Positions 48,271 through 59,047 of a DNA stretch of 64,000 bases are shown here, piece by piece. Position 1 is the first letter of the stretch. Every line of letters starts with the position of its first letter. Below the pieces are notes generated by a model. It saw only the letters and a program-made list of their open reading frames with translations, was not told the origin of the DNA and did not search any database. The translations under genes were made by a program, and so were the position numbers. The DNA is from Gammaproteobacteria bacterium (GTDB taxonomy: Bacteria; Pseudomonadota; Gammaproteobacteria; Steroidobacterales; GCA-2729495): NCBI GenBank assembly GCA_036351295.1, contig JAZBOT010000110.1:3567-67566 (forward strand), given 5' to 3'.

Positions 48271-49011
48271 TCAGGATTCAGCGTCGGCAGTTTTCACGGC
48301 AATAATCCCCGCATGTTCGTTGCCCCGCGACCGCGGGCCGGCGCTGCCCAGAAACTCGCTCGACAGCGTCTTAAACCCTGCCGCGGTGCAGGTTCGCTGC
48401 AGCAAATCCGGATCCAGCGGGTTGATAAACCGCGGGTGACCCTCCGGATCCGCACCGGCGGGCAGCAGCGCCCGATAGTCACTGACCCGTCCCGGCCAGC
48501 GTTCACCGGCCGCTTTGCGCGCTTCGTACTCGCTGGCGAGGCGATACCAGGGCCCGGTGTAGGGCGTGTCGGCCACCAGATAAACTCGCCCGCCGGGACG
48601 CAGCCATGCGTGCATGCTCCGAACCGCCGCTTCGATGTCCTCGCCCTCCAGAAAATGCAGCACCCGGCTGGCCAGAATGGCGCTAAAGCTGTGCGGCGGG
48701 AACTCAACGTCGGGCATCACGCCGGTGCAGCAGCGGAGCCGGCCCCGCAAATGCTCCGGGGTCCGGCGCTGCAGGATATCGAGATGCCGCGGTTCCATGT
48801 CGCAAGCGCAGACCTGCGCCCCCTGCTCAAGCGCCGCCAGCGTTGCAACACCGTAGGCACACCCGATGTCCAGCGCTTCGCCACCGCAGCTGCCGGCATA
48901 CTCCGCAAAGGCGCGCGAGTATTCGTCCAGTTCCTCGGTCATCCAGCCGGTTTTGTTGAGCGTTGGAATCAGTCCGGCCACGGGTGATGCCGGCAGGTAG
49001 GGATCGTTCAT
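48271..49011 (-). CDS. Class I SAM-dependent methyltransferase (substrate unknown)
   Basis: 246 aa; motif I ALDIGCAYGVAT; co-oriented directly upstream of metK. Confidence 0.7.
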   Translation of the reverse strand: MNDPYLPASPVAGLIPTLNKTGWMTEELDEYSRAFAEYAGSCGGEALDIGCAYGVATLAALEQGAQVCACDMEPRHLDILQRRTPEHLRGRLRCCTGVMPDVEFPPHSFSAILASRVLHFLEGEDIEAAVRSMHAWLRPGGRVYLVADTPYTGPWYRLASEYEARKAAGERWPGRVSDYRALLPAGADPEGHPRFINPLDPDLLQRTCTAAGFKTLSSEFLGSAGPRSRGNEHAGIIAVKTADAES

Positions 49012-49170
49012 AAGCGGTTATTCACGGTCGCGACTCGGTTGCGGACTGACATAATAATAGCCTTAGCCGGGCGGGCTTCGAACTGAATTTGCGGCGGGGG
49101 CACGCATAGGCGAAAATGCGCCGCGACGGGCCGCTTTCCGGCCCGATAACCCACAGTCAGCAGATCAATC

Positions 49171-51198
49171 ATGGCCTCTACACCCCAACCCGCTGCAACG
49201 CAGCCGAACCGCCGCGACCTCGCCAATGCCATCCGCGCGCTCTCCATGGATGCGGTTCAGGCCGCCAACTCCGGGCATCCCGGCGCGCCGATGGGCATGG
49301 CGGATATTGCGGAGGTGCTGTGGAACGATTTTCTGCGGCACAACCCGGCGAATCCGCGCTGGGTAAATCGTGATCGCTTTGTGCTTTCTAACGGCCACGG
49401 GTCAATGCTGCTGTACTCGTTGTTGCATCTCTCGGGCTATCCGCTGTCGATGGATGAACTGCGTAATTTTCGCCAGCTCGGCGCGCATACAGCGGGCCAT
49501 CCTGAATACGCCCCGGACCTCGGCATCGAGACCACCACCGGTCCGCTGGGGCAGGGCATCGGCAATGCTGTCGGCATGGCCCTGGCGGAAAAAATTCTGG
49601 CGGCGCAGTTCAATCGGCCCGGAATGCCGGTGGTCGATCACCGCACCTATGTGTTCCTCGGCGACGGCTGTTTGATGGAGGGTATTTCCCACGAAGCCTG
49701 CTCTCTGGCCGGCACGCTGGGTCTGGGCAAGCTCATCGTGTTTTACGATGACAACGGCATTTCGATTGACGGCCACGTGCACGGCTGGTTCGCAGATGAC
49801 ACGCCGCAGCGTTTTGCGGCGTATGGCTGGCAAGTCATACCCGAGGTCGACGGCCATGACGCCGTGGCCATCGGTGCCGCCGTGACTGCTGCTCTGGCGA
49901 ATGAAGCCCAGCCGACGCTGATATGCTGCAAGACGGTGATCGGTTTCGGGGCGCCTAACAAGCAGGGCAGTGAGGCCACGCATGGCGCGCCGCTGGGCGA
50001 TGCTGAAATCGCCGCGGCCCGTGAGTTTCTCAACTGGCACGCGGCACCGTTTACCATTCCGGCTGAGATTGCGGCGGCCTGGGATGCGCGGGCGCGCGGC
50101 GCCGCATCCGAGGCCGCATGGGACGAGTTGTTTACTGCTTATGCTGCGGCTCATCCGGAGCTTGCCGCAGAGCTGCACCGGCGTCTGGCCGGCGAGCTGC
50201 CGCCGGACTGGGAGCAGCAGTCATGGGCGGCTATTCGCGAAATTGCCGGCGCCGACAAGCCGCTGGCAACGCGTAAAGACTCGCAGGTGGCGCTCAACGC
50301 CTTTGCGCCATTGCTGCCGGAACTGCTGGGCGGTTCCGCTGACCTGACCGGATCCAACCTGACCATGCACAGTGCTTCGGTCCCTGTTACCCGGGAAAGT
50401 GCAGCCGGCAACTACATCTATTTCGGCGTGCGCGAGTTTGCGATGGCGGCCATGATGAACGGTTTTACCCTGCATGGCGGCTTTATCCCCTACGGCGGCA
50501 CCTTCCTGACCTTTTCCGACTACGCCCGCAACGCGCTGCGCATGGCAGCATTGATGCGCATTCAAAGCATTTTTGTGTTCACGCACGACTCGATCGGGCT
50601 GGGTGAAGACGGGCCGACGCATCAACCGGTCGAGCATATCGAGAGCCTGCGGATCATGCCGAACATGGAGGTCTGGCGGCCCTGCGACGGTGCTGAAACC
50701 GCTGTTGCGTGGAAGGCCGCGATCGAGCGGCGCACGGGGCCGACGAGCCTGATATTGAGCCGGCAGTCGACCCCGCGTCTGCAGCGTACTGAGGCTCAGC
50801 TGCAGGATATTCAGCGCGGTGGCTATATCGTCGCGGCTGACAGCGATCCGCAGGTATTGCTCATTGCGACCGGCTCGGAGGTGGGCCTGGCCGTGGATGC
50901 GGCGGCCGAACTGCGGGCGGCGGGCATCCGGGTACAGGTGGTGTCCATGCCCTGCGTGTCACGGTTTGCAGCGCAGGATGCCGGCTATCACGACGCGGTC
51001 CTGCCGCCCGCCGTAACCTGCCGCGTGGCCATTGAGGCGGGGGTGGAAAATGGCTGGCTGCCGCTGGTCGGGCCGCAAGGTAGCGTCATCTCGATTGATA
51101 CCTTTGGCGAGTCGGCGCCCGCCGAACAGTTGTTCGAGAAATTCGGCTTTACGGTGGAACGGGTCGTGAGCACCGCACGTGAGCTCCTGACCGCCTGA
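49171..51198 (+). CDS. tkt: Transketolase
   Basis: 675 aa; [27 protein letters not shown]; [13 protein letters not shown]; [16 protein letters not shown]. Confidence 0.97.
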   Translation: MASTPQPAATQPNRRDLANAIRALSMDAVQAANSGHPGAPMGMADIAEVLWNDFLRHNPANPRWVNRDRFVLSNGHGSMLLYSLLHLSGYPLSMDELRNFRQLGAHTAGHPEYAPDLGIETTTGPLGQGIGNAVGMALAEKILAAQFNRPGMPVVDHRTYVFLGDGCLMEGISHEACSLAGTLGLGKLIVFYDDNGISIDGHVHGWFADDTPQRFAAYGWQVIPEVDGHDAVAIGAAVTAALANEAQPTLICCKTVIGFGAPNKQGSEATHGAPLGDAEIAAAREFLNWHAAPFTIPAEIAAAWDARARGAASEAAWDELFTAYAAAHPELAAELHRRLAGELPPDWEQQSWAAIREIAGADKPLATRKDSQVALNAFAPLLPELLGGSADLTGSNLTMHSASVPVTRESAAGNYIYFGVREFAMAAMMNGFTLHGGFIPYGGTFLTFSDYARNALRMAALMRIQSIFVFTHDSIGLGEDGPTHQPVEHIESLRIMPNMEVWRPCDGAETAVAWKAAIERRTGPTSLILSRQSTPRLQRTEAQLQDIQRGGYIVAADSDPQVLLIATGSEVGLAVDAAAELRAAGIRVQVVSMPCVSRFAAQDAGYHDAVLPPAVTCRVAIEAGVENGWLPLVGPQGSVISIDTFGESAPAEQLFEKFGFTVERVVSTARELLTA

Positions 51199-51304
51199 TT
51201 CTGGTGCACGTCCGGGCAACCCCCGGCATGCTGTCAGCCCAACTAACTGCTGATGATTGACTAACAAAAGCCGGCAATGAGCACGGCTACAACGGAGTAA
51301 GACG

Positions 51305-52318
51305 ATGACAGTAAAACTGGCTATTAACGGTTACGGACGCATCGGCCGCAACGTGTTGCGCGCAATTTTCGAAAGCGGACGCACCGGCGAAATCGACATC
51401 GTTGCGATCAACGATCTCGGTGATGCCAACACCAACGCGCACCTCACTAAATATGACACCGCGCATGGCCGGTTTCCGTTTGACGTTAGCGTCGATGGCG
51501 ACAGCATGGTGGTTGCGGGCGACCGGATTCGCGTGTTTGCTGAGCGAGACCCGGCGAAACTGCCGTGGGGTGAGCTGGGCGTTGATGTGGTCCTCGAATG
51601 CACCGGGTTTTTTGCCAGTAAGCAGAAAGCCCAGCCGCATCTAGATGCCGGTGCCAAAAAAGTGCTGATCTCAGCACCGGCCGGCAAAGACGTGGACGCC
51701 ACCGTGGTGTACGGCGTCAATGAGAGCGTTTTGCGCGCCTCGCACACCGTGGTGTCGAATGCATCTTGCACCACCAACTGCCTCGCGCCGCTGGTCAAGC
51801 CCTTGCATGAGAAAATCGGCCTCGAACGCGGCATCATGACAACGATCCACGCCTATACCAACGATCAGGTGCTGACTGATGTCTACCACTCTGACTTGCG
51901 GCGGGCGCGGTCGGCAACGATGTCAATGATCCCGACCAAGACCGGTGCTGCGGCTGCAGTCGGCCTGGTCTTGCCTGAACTGGATGGCCGGCTCGATGGT
52001 TTTGCGGTGCGCGTGCCGACCATCAATGCATCGATGGTTGATCTGACTTTTCTGGCATCACGCGATACCAGCGTCGACGAGATTAACCAGATTCTCAAGG
52101 CTGCGAGCGAAGGCGAGCTGCAGGGCGTGCTGGAATACAGCGACGGGCCGCTGGTGTCCGTGGACTTCAATCACAACCCGGCTTCATCGTCGTACGACGC
52201 GACGCTGACCAAGGTGATGGGCGGTAACCTGGTCAAGGTTTGTTCCTGGTACGACAACGAATGGGGCTTTTCCAACCGCATGCTCGATACGACCCTGGCG
52301 ATGATGCGCGCAACCTGA
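51305..52318 (+). CDS. gap: Glyceraldehyde-3-phosphate dehydrogenase
   Basis: 337 aa; [14 protein letters not shown]; active site [12 protein letters not shown]. Confidence 0.95.
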   Translation: MTVKLAINGYGRIGRNVLRAIFESGRTGEIDIVAINDLGDANTNAHLTKYDTAHGRFPFDVSVDGDSMVVAGDRIRVFAERDPAKLPWGELGVDVVLECTGFFASKQKAQPHLDAGAKKVLISAPAGKDVDATVVYGVNESVLRASHTVVSNASCTTNCLAPLVKPLHEKIGLERGIMTTIHAYTNDQVLTDVYHSDLRRARSATMSMIPTKTGAAAAVGLVLPELDGRLDGFAVRVPTINASMVDLTFLASRDTSVDEINQILKAASEGELQGVLEYSDGPLVSVDFNHNPASSSYDATLTKVMGGNLVKVCSWYDNEWGFSNRMLDTTLAMMRAT

Positions 52319-53475
52319 TGGGCATGCTGCGGATGGCTGACCTGGATCTGCGCGGCAAGCGCGTCATGATCCGGTTTGATTTCAACGTCCCGGTCATGGA
52401 CGGTCACGTGACCAGCGATGCGCGCATGCGCGCGGCGTTGCCGACTATTCGGCTCGCGCTGGAGGGTGGTGCGGCCGTAATCCTGCTGTCGCACCTGGGG
52501 CGGCCGACGGAGGGGGAATTTGAGGAGCAGTTTTCGCTTGACCCGATAGCGCGGCACCTCAGTGTCTTGCTGGGTAAGGCGGTGCGGCTTGAGCCGAATT
52601 GGCTGGATGGCGTAGCAGTAGAGCCGGGCCAGGTCGTGATGTGCGAAAACGTGCGCTTCAACGTGGGCGAGAAGCGCAACGACCCGGAGTTATCGCAACG
52701 CATGGCCAGGCTTTGCGACGTATTCGTAATGGACGCCTTCGGGACGGCCCATCGCGCGCAGGCCAGCACCTACGGCGTGGCCGAGTATGCGCCGGTCGCG
52801 TGCGGCGGACCCCTGCTGGTCGAAGAGCTGGAAGCGCTCGGCAATGCTCTGGAGGCGCCCGCGCGCCCTATGGTCGCTATTGTGGGTGGGTCCAAGGTGT
52901 CAACCAAGCTCAATATTCTCGCGGCCCTGTCGGCTAAAGTGGATCACCTTATTGTCGGCGGCGGCATCGCCAACACGTTCATCGCGGCGGCCGGTTATCC
53001 GGTCGGCAAGTCCTTGTACGAGGAGAGCATGGTCGCTGAGGCACGCCGCTTGCTTGACTCGGCGGCGATTCCGCTGCCGTCCGACGTTGTGGTGGCCGAT
53101 GAATTCAGCTCCGCCGCTGCCGCGACTGTCCGTCGGGTCGATGAGACGCGTCCGGATGAGTTGATTCTGGATATTGGTCCGGAAACGGCCGAAGCGTATG
53201 CGGAACTGCTGCGGGCCTCGGGCACGATTGTCTGGAATGGCCCGGTGGGCGTATTCGAGATTGACCAGTTCAGCCACGGCACCGAGGTGGTCGGTCGCGC
53301 CGTCGCCACCAGCCGGGCATTCTCTATCGCGGGCGGCGGTGATACATTGGCGGCCCTGGAGAAATTCAAGATTGGCAACAAAATCTCCTATATCTCAACA
53401 GGCGGCGGTGCCTTCCTCGAGTTACTGGAGGGCAAGAAACTGCCTGCAGTAGCTATCCTGGAAGCACGAGCTTAA
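52318..53475 (+). CDS. pgk: Phosphoglycerate kinase
   Basis: 385 aa from ATG 52318 (TGATG overlap with gap; track ORF from 52240); [16 protein letters not shown]; SHLGRP; GGGDT. Confidence 0.95.
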   Translation: MGMLRMADLDLRGKRVMIRFDFNVPVMDGHVTSDARMRAALPTIRLALEGGAAVILLSHLGRPTEGEFEEQFSLDPIARHLSVLLGKAVRLEPNWLDGVAVEPGQVVMCENVRFNVGEKRNDPELSQRMARLCDVFVMDAFGTAHRAQASTYGVAEYAPVACGGPLLVEELEALGNALEAPARPMVAIVGGSKVSTKLNILAALSAKVDHLIVGGGIANTFIAAAGYPVGKSLYEESMVAEARRLLDSAAIPLPSDVVVADEFSSAAAATVRRVDETRPDELILDIGPETAEAYAELLRASGTIVWNGPVGVFEIDQFSHGTEVVGRAVATSRAFSIAGGGDTLAALEKFKIGNKISYISTGGGAFLELLEGKKLPAVAILEARA

Positions 53476-54902
53476 TGCGCCGAACAAAAATTATCGCCAC
53501 GCTGGGTCCGGCTACGGAGGACCCCGCGGTGCTTGAGCGCCTGATTCGGGCCGGCACCGACGTGGTCCGCGTCAACTTCTCCCACGGCGACTGGGCCGAC
53601 CAGGAGCGCAGTATCCGGCTGGTTCGCGAAGTCTCCGAGCGCGTCGGCCGCTATGTGGCAGTGCTGGCTGATTTGCAGGGCCCGAAGATCCGCATTCGTC
53701 GCTTTGCCGACGGTCCGGTGCAGCTCGCGGAAGGCGACGCCTTTTTTCTGGACTCTGCGCTGCCGCGCGACCAGGGTACAGCGGCGGGGGTGGGTGTTGC
53801 CTATGAAGGCCTGCACGGGGACCTCCGCAGCGGCGATATGCTGTTGCTGGATGATGGCAAGCTGACGCTGCGGGTCGAAGCCGTTAACGGTACCCGCGTG
53901 AATTGCCGCGTGCTGGTCGGCGGGCAGCTGGATGACAACAAGGGCATCAACAAGCACGGTGGCGGCCTGTCCGCGCCAGCTCTGACAGATAAGGACCGTG
54001 ACGACATCGTCCACGCTGCCGCCGCCCAGGTCGACTGGCTGGCGGTCTCGTTTGTGCGCGGTCCTAACGATATTCACGAAGCCCGTAGTTTGCTCCGCAA
54101 CGCCGGCGGTACTGCTCATTTAGTCGCCAAAATTGAGCGCGCAGAAGCTGTGGAGAATCTTGATGCGGTGATTGATGCGAGCGATGCCGTCATGGTGGCG
54201 CGCGGTGATCTCGCTGTCGAAACCGGTTATGCCAGCCTGACCGGGCTGCAGAAACGCATTATCCGGCGTGCCCGCAATCGTCACAAGGTTGCCATCACGG
54301 CGACGCAGATGATGGAGTCTATGATCAGCAGCAAGGTACCGACCCGCGCTGAGGTTTCCGATGTTGCCAATGCCGTAATGGATGGCACCGATGCCGTTAT
54401 GCTGTCCGCCGAGAGCGCCGTCGGGCGTAACCCCGTGCGCGCGGTTGAGGTCATGGCCGATGTCTGCGTCGGCGCAGAGGCCTATCGGTTGCAAAGCAGC
54501 CGCTCCCGTCGTAACGATGAGCACTTCCAGTTTGTTGACCAGGCCATCGCGATGTCGGTCATGTACGCGGCAAATCACATGGATGTGCATGCTATTATTG
54601 CGCTCACCGAGTCGGGTTCGACCGCGCTGTGGATGTCACGAATTCGCTCCGACATCCCGATTTTTGCGTTTACCCGTCACGAGACTACGTTGCGCCGGGT
54701 GGCGCTGTATCGCGGGGTGTATCCGGTCGCGTTTGATCCGACCTCGACGCTCGGCGATGACCTTTATCAGAGTATTTTTTCGCGCCTGCTAGACCTCGGG
54801 CATGTCCGGGAAGGTGACTTGCTTATTTTCACCAAAGGCGACATGTCGGGTGTATCGGGCGGCACCAACTCGATGACAATATTGCGAGTCATCAGTCCGT
54901 AG
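53475..54902 (+). CDS. pyk: Pyruvate kinase
   Basis: 475 aa; [14 protein letters not shown]; MVARGDLAVE; TAATG-type 1-nt overlap with pgk stop. Confidence 0.95.
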   Translation: MRRTKIIATLGPATEDPAVLERLIRAGTDVVRVNFSHGDWADQERSIRLVREVSERVGRYVAVLADLQGPKIRIRRFADGPVQLAEGDAFFLDSALPRDQGTAAGVGVAYEGLHGDLRSGDMLLLDDGKLTLRVEAVNGTRVNCRVLVGGQLDDNKGINKHGGGLSAPALTDKDRDDIVHAAAAQVDWLAVSFVRGPNDIHEARSLLRNAGGTAHLVAKIERAEAVENLDAVIDASDAVMVARGDLAVETGYASLTGLQKRIIRRARNRHKVAITATQMMESMISSKVPTRAEVSDVANAVMDGTDAVMLSAESAVGRNPVRAVEVMADVCVGAEAYRLQSSRSRRNDEHFQFVDQAIAMSVMYAANHMDVHAIIALTESGSTALWMSRIRSDIPIFAFTRHETTLRRVALYRGVYPVAFDPTSTLGDDLYQSIFSRLLDLGHVREGDLLIFTKGDMSGVSGGTNSMTILRVISP

Positions 54903-54955
54903 CCGTTGCGATCGCTGTGCGTATTTATTGTGTTTGTTTGCGTGTTTGTTGAGGT

Positions 54956-55747
54956 ATGTTCATGACAAGTTTTCGTCTAACAGGTGCGTTGGCCGCTGCC
55001 GCGATCGCGGCGCTGATGCTGTTGGCCGGTTGCGCAATGGGCGCGGGCGAGTCCACCGGAAACACCTCCGGAACGCGCGGTGTCGCACTGGTCGCTGGCG
55101 CAACGGGCGGCACCGGCCGGGCGCTGGTGCGGAATCTGCGCGAGCAGGGCTATCAGGTGCGGGCGCTGGTGCGCGATGCTGACGGGGCGCGGCAGGTTCT
55201 GGGCGATGCGGTCGACATCCGGCAGGGCGATGTTCGCGAGCTCGACACGCTACTGCCGGCTATGGCCGGGGTCGATTACGTCATCTCCGCAATCGGCGCC
55301 AGCCAGTCCGACCCTGAGAACGGACCGGAAGCCGTGGACTACGGTGGCGTAAAGAACCTGACCGAGGCGGCCCGCCGCTCAGGCGTGCGCCAGTTCGTGC
55401 TGGTGTCTTCCGCAGGCGCTACGCAGGAAGATCACTACCTGAACAAGATGTTCAACAACATCCTGCGCTGGAAGTTTAAGGGTGAAGAAGCACTGCGCAA
55501 CAGCGGCCTGACCTATACCGTCGTGCGGCCCGGGGGCCTTGTTAACATTCCGGGTGGCGAACAGCGGCTGGTATTTGCGCAGGGTGATACCACCAATGGC
55601 AGGATCAGCCGTGAGGACGTTGCGCTGATCTGTATTCAGGCTCTGCAGGAACCTGCCGCCCGCAACAAGACCTTTGAGACCTATAGCTCCGAAGAACCGG
55701 GCAGCAATGATTGGCCGGCGATGTTCGCCGCTCTTGAGCAGGATTGA
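54956..55747 (+). CDS. NAD(P)-binding (atypical SDR / NmrA-like) protein with a lipoprotein-type signal peptide
   Basis: 263 aa; lipobox LLAGC after a hydrophobic leader; Rossmann motif VAGATGGTGRALV. Start ATG 54956 or 54962. Confidence 0.7.
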   Translation: MFMTSFRLTGALAAAAIAALMLLAGCAMGAGESTGNTSGTRGVALVAGATGGTGRALVRNLREQGYQVRALVRDADGARQVLGDAVDIRQGDVRELDTLLPAMAGVDYVISAIGASQSDPENGPEAVDYGGVKNLTEAARRSGVRQFVLVSSAGATQEDHYLNKMFNNILRWKFKGEEALRNSGLTYTVVRPGGLVNIPGGEQRLVFAQGDTTNGRISREDVALICIQALQEPAARNKTFETYSSEEPGSNDWPAMFAALEQD

Positions 55748-55761
55748 CCAGGTAAGCGGTG

Positions 55762-57090
55762 ATGAATGACAAACAACCGGGTTTTTTTGCGCGCTTTATG
55801 AAGTCTGCCTCACAAATTGAGCATCATGAACTGCGCTCGGTGCTGCTGTCATTTTTTCTGGTCTTCACTCTGATGTCGGCCTGGTACATATTGCGACCGG
55901 TTCGTGACGCCATGGCGAGCGACTGGAGCGATACCGAGGTGAGCTTCCTCTTTAACATTACCTTTGCGGTCAGTGTGGTGGTGGTAGCCCTGTATGGCGT
56001 AGCCGTATCGCGAGTGGCGTTCCGCTACCTGGTGCCCGGGGTCTACGGGTTTTTCGGCTGCAGCTTCGTCGCGTTTTATTTTGGTGTGAGCGGCGTTGAA
56101 GACCGGGTGCTTATCGACAAGATTTTCTATGTCTGGGTAAGCGTGTTCAGCCTGTTCCATGTTTCGGTCTTCTGGAGCCTGATGTCGGACCTGTTTACCA
56201 AGGAGCAGTCCAACCGGCTGTTCGCATTTATCGCTGTGGGTTCGACTGTCGGCGCGCTGGTGGGGCCACTCATTCCCGCACTGTTTGCCGATGATCTGGG
56301 CACCGACAAATTGATGTTGATAGCGTCGGTCGCGCTGCTTGTGCCGATCGCCCTCGTGCTTTACCTCGAGCGGCTCAAATCGATTGACTTACGCAATGAG
56401 GGCGTGCACGCAGACCTGAGCGCGGCGCGGATTGGCGGCAACCCTTTTGCCGGGTTCAAAATGTTTGTGACAAACCCGTACCTGCTGGCAATAGGGGTGT
56501 TTATTTTGCTCTACACCACGATCGGGTCGTTTGTGTATTTTGAGCAGAAAAACCTACTTGCCGATTTCAGCCGCGAGGAGCGCACCTCGATTCTGGCAAG
56601 CGTGGATCTGGTCGTGAACATACTGACGTTCACGATTGGCTTGTTCGCAACCAGCCGCATCATCAAGAACTTTGGTATGGCTGCAACGCTGGCAATGGTG
56701 CCGGTCTTCATCGCCGCAGGGCTGCTGATTCTGGCGTTTGCGCCGGTGCTCATTGTGGTGCTGGCGCTGCAGGTAGCCCGTCGCGCCGGAAACTATGCGA
56801 TCACCCGGCCAGGCCGCGAAATGTTGTTCACCGCTGTCGATCGTGAAACCCGCTTCAAGGCCAAGCCGGTAATCGATATCGCCGTTTACCGCGGCGGCGA
56901 TGCGCTGAGCAGTATCGCGTTTGCGGGCCTGACGGACGGGCTTGGCTTTGGCCTTGCCGCGATGGCCGGGATAGGCGCCGGCATCGCTGCTGTCTGGGCC
57001 GCCGTTGGCGTGTATCTGGGCCGGGTATTCGTGGGGCGCGACGCGGCTGCAACCGCCGCTGCTATCAAGTCGACGCCACAGGAAGCCTGA
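55762..57090 (+). CDS. MFS-type transporter, possibly ATP/ADP-translocase (TLC)-like family
   Basis: 442 aa; about 12 TM; N-terminus ELRSVLLSFFLVFTLMSAWYILRPVRDAM resembles TLC-like MFS proteins. Subfamily is tentative. Confidence 0.6.
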   Translation: MNDKQPGFFARFMKSASQIEHHELRSVLLSFFLVFTLMSAWYILRPVRDAMASDWSDTEVSFLFNITFAVSVVVVALYGVAVSRVAFRYLVPGVYGFFGCSFVAFYFGVSGVEDRVLIDKIFYVWVSVFSLFHVSVFWSLMSDLFTKEQSNRLFAFIAVGSTVGALVGPLIPALFADDLGTDKLMLIASVALLVPIALVLYLERLKSIDLRNEGVHADLSAARIGGNPFAGFKMFVTNPYLLAIGVFILLYTTIGSFVYFEQKNLLADFSREERTSILASVDLVVNILTFTIGLFATSRIIKNFGMAATLAMVPVFIAAGLLILAFAPVLIVVLALQVARRAGNYAITRPGREMLFTAVDRETRFKAKPVIDIAVYRGGDALSSIAFAGLTDGLGFGLAAMAGIGAGIAAVWAAVGVYLGRVFVGRDAAATAAAIKSTPQEA

Positions 57091-57108
57091 CCGCCCCGGC
57101 CGCAGCGG

Positions 57109-57651
57109 CTAGCCGGCCTCGGCGGTCTTGCCTTCGCCCAGCGCGCGCAGATCTGCCAGGACTTCTTCGGTGTGCGTGTTCGGGTTCACGCTGGAGTAGT
57201 GCTTCACGACCACCCCGTTCGGGTCGATCAAAAACGACTCGCGTTTAGCGAGTTTCATTGGGCCTATCTTCATGATCACGCCGTAGGCTTCTGCGGCCTG
57301 TTTGTCACTGTCGGCCAGAATTGAAAACGGCAGGCTGTACTTCTCGGCAAACTCGGCATGCGAGTCGACGTCGTCAAGGCTCACGCCCAGCACAACCGCG
57401 TTCAGCGCATCGAAGGCAAAAATATTGTCGCGAAACGAGCAGGCTTCGGTGGTGCATCCCGGCGTGTCGTCTTTCGGGTAGAAATACAGCGCCACCCATT
57501 TGCCGCGATATTGCTCCAGGTCATGCCATTCGCCCTGCTGGTCCTGCAGCCGGAACTCCGGTGCGGCACTGCCTACCAGGTCGGCACCGTGAGTGCTGAT
57601 CGAAAATACCAGCCCGGCGAGTGCCGCCAGTGGCTTAAGATAACGGTTCAT
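57109..57651 (-). CDS. Exported peroxiredoxin (Bcp / AhpC-TSA family)
   Basis: 180 aa from ATG 57651 (track ORF to 57774); signal peptide; peroxidatic motif PKDDTPGCTTEAC. Confidence 0.85.
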   Translation of the reverse strand: MNRYLKPLAALAGLVFSISTHGADLVGSAAPEFRLQDQQGEWHDLEQYRGKWVALYFYPKDDTPGCTTEACSFRDNIFAFDALNAVVLGVSLDDVDSHAEFAEKYSLPFSILADSDKQAAEAYGVIMKIGPMKLAKRESFLIDPNGVVVKHYSSVNPNTHTEEVLADLRALGEGKTAEAG

Positions 57652-57781
57652 TGTTTCGCTCCTCGGTTGCGCCATGTCGATGTTGCCCACAGCAGCTGCG
57701 ATGGAAGTCCGGGCCGTGCTCGCTTGTGAGCCCTGCGCAGGTGTGCTGTGATTGCGACTTTTACGGGTTACCACTTATAGC

Positions 57782-59047
57782 ATGGATCAAGGGCAGCACA
57801 AGCGGGTTATTCGTTTCTCTGGTGACTGCCGGATCGGCCTGGTCCTGCCGGGCGGCGGTGCTCGCGGGGCCTACCAGGTCGGTGTGCTGAAGGCCGTATC
57901 GGAGTTGCTGCCGCGCCGCTCGCCGAGCCCGTTTTCGGTGCTGAGCGGCACCTCGGCCGGCGCTGTCAATACGGTAGTGCTTGCGAGCCGCGCGCGCCTG
58001 CTGCACGTCGCTGTGGCGGAGCTGGAACATGTCTGGGGCAATTTCCGCTCAGAAGAAGTCTTCAAGTCGGACGCCAGCACCATGATGCGCAACACGCTGC
58101 GATGGGCTTATGCGGTTCTGACCGGCAGTCTGCACGGTCACCAGTCGCTGGCGCTGCTCGACAATTCGCCGTTGCGCGAACTGCTCAGCACGCGGGTCAA
58201 TTTCGATGCCATCCAGGAATCCATAGACGCGGGTTACGTGGACGGCGTATCCATTACCGCAGCGGGCTACAGTTCGTCCCGCTCGGTGGCGTTCTATCAA
58301 GGGGCCGAGGAGGTAGACCCGTGGCTGCGCGTTCGCCGTGTCGGGCGCCGGACCCGGCTGACGCTCGATCATGTGATGGCCAGCATTGCGGTGCCAATAG
58401 TCTTTCCGCCGGTGCGTATCGGCCACGAATATTTCGGCGATGGCGCCATGCGTCAGGCAACGCCGCTGTCACCGGCTGTGCATTTGGGTGCCGAACGAAT
58501 TCTCGTTGTCGGTGTCCGTAATGAACAGCCTGATTTGCCTGCCGACGGAGACGCGGCGTACCCGAGTTTGGGGCGCGTCGCCGGCTACATGCTGGATGCA
58601 TTGTTTATGGACGGGCTTTCGGCTGATCTTGAGCGTATGGCGCGCATCAACACCATGCTGCGGCAGATCCCCGGTACCTCGCCCAGTGGTGATACTGGCC
58701 CGCTGCGGTCTATCGATGCGTTTGTCATGCTGCCCTCCCGCGATATTCGTGAGATTGCGCAGCGCCATATTGGCGAGGTGCCGCGACCGGTACGGATTTT
58801 GCTGCGCGGGCTGGGGGCGATGAATAAAGGCGGCATGCAGCTGGCGAGCTATTTGTTGTTCGAGTCGGGCTATACGCGCGAACTGATCGAGTTGGGTTAC
58901 GGTGATGCCATGGAACGCCGTGAAGAACTGCTGCAGTTTTTGCGTGGTGAACCGATGGACGCACCGTCGGGCATCACCGGCTGGAACGAGCTGAGTTCGG
59001 AATACACGAGCCGCCTGCCGGTGCTGAACATCTCAGAGCAGGAATAA
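57782..59047 (+). CDS. Patatin-like phospholipase
   Basis: 421 aa from ATG 57782; oxyanion GGGARGAYQVG; nucleophile GTSAGA; Asp motif GDGAM. Confidence 0.88.
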   Translation: MDQGQHKRVIRFSGDCRIGLVLPGGGARGAYQVGVLKAVSELLPRRSPSPFSVLSGTSAGAVNTVVLASRARLLHVAVAELEHVWGNFRSEEVFKSDASTMMRNTLRWAYAVLTGSLHGHQSLALLDNSPLRELLSTRVNFDAIQESIDAGYVDGVSITAAGYSSSRSVAFYQGAEEVDPWLRVRRVGRRTRLTLDHVMASIAVPIVFPPVRIGHEYFGDGAMRQATPLSPAVHLGAERILVVGVRNEQPDLPADGDAAYPSLGRVAGYMLDALFMDGLSADLERMARINTMLRQIPGTSPSGDTGPLRSIDAFVMLPSRDIREIAQRHIGEVPRPVRILLRGLGAMNKGGMQLASYLLFESGYTRELIELGYGDAMERREELLQFLRGEPMDAPSGITGWNELSSEYTSRLPVLNISEQE

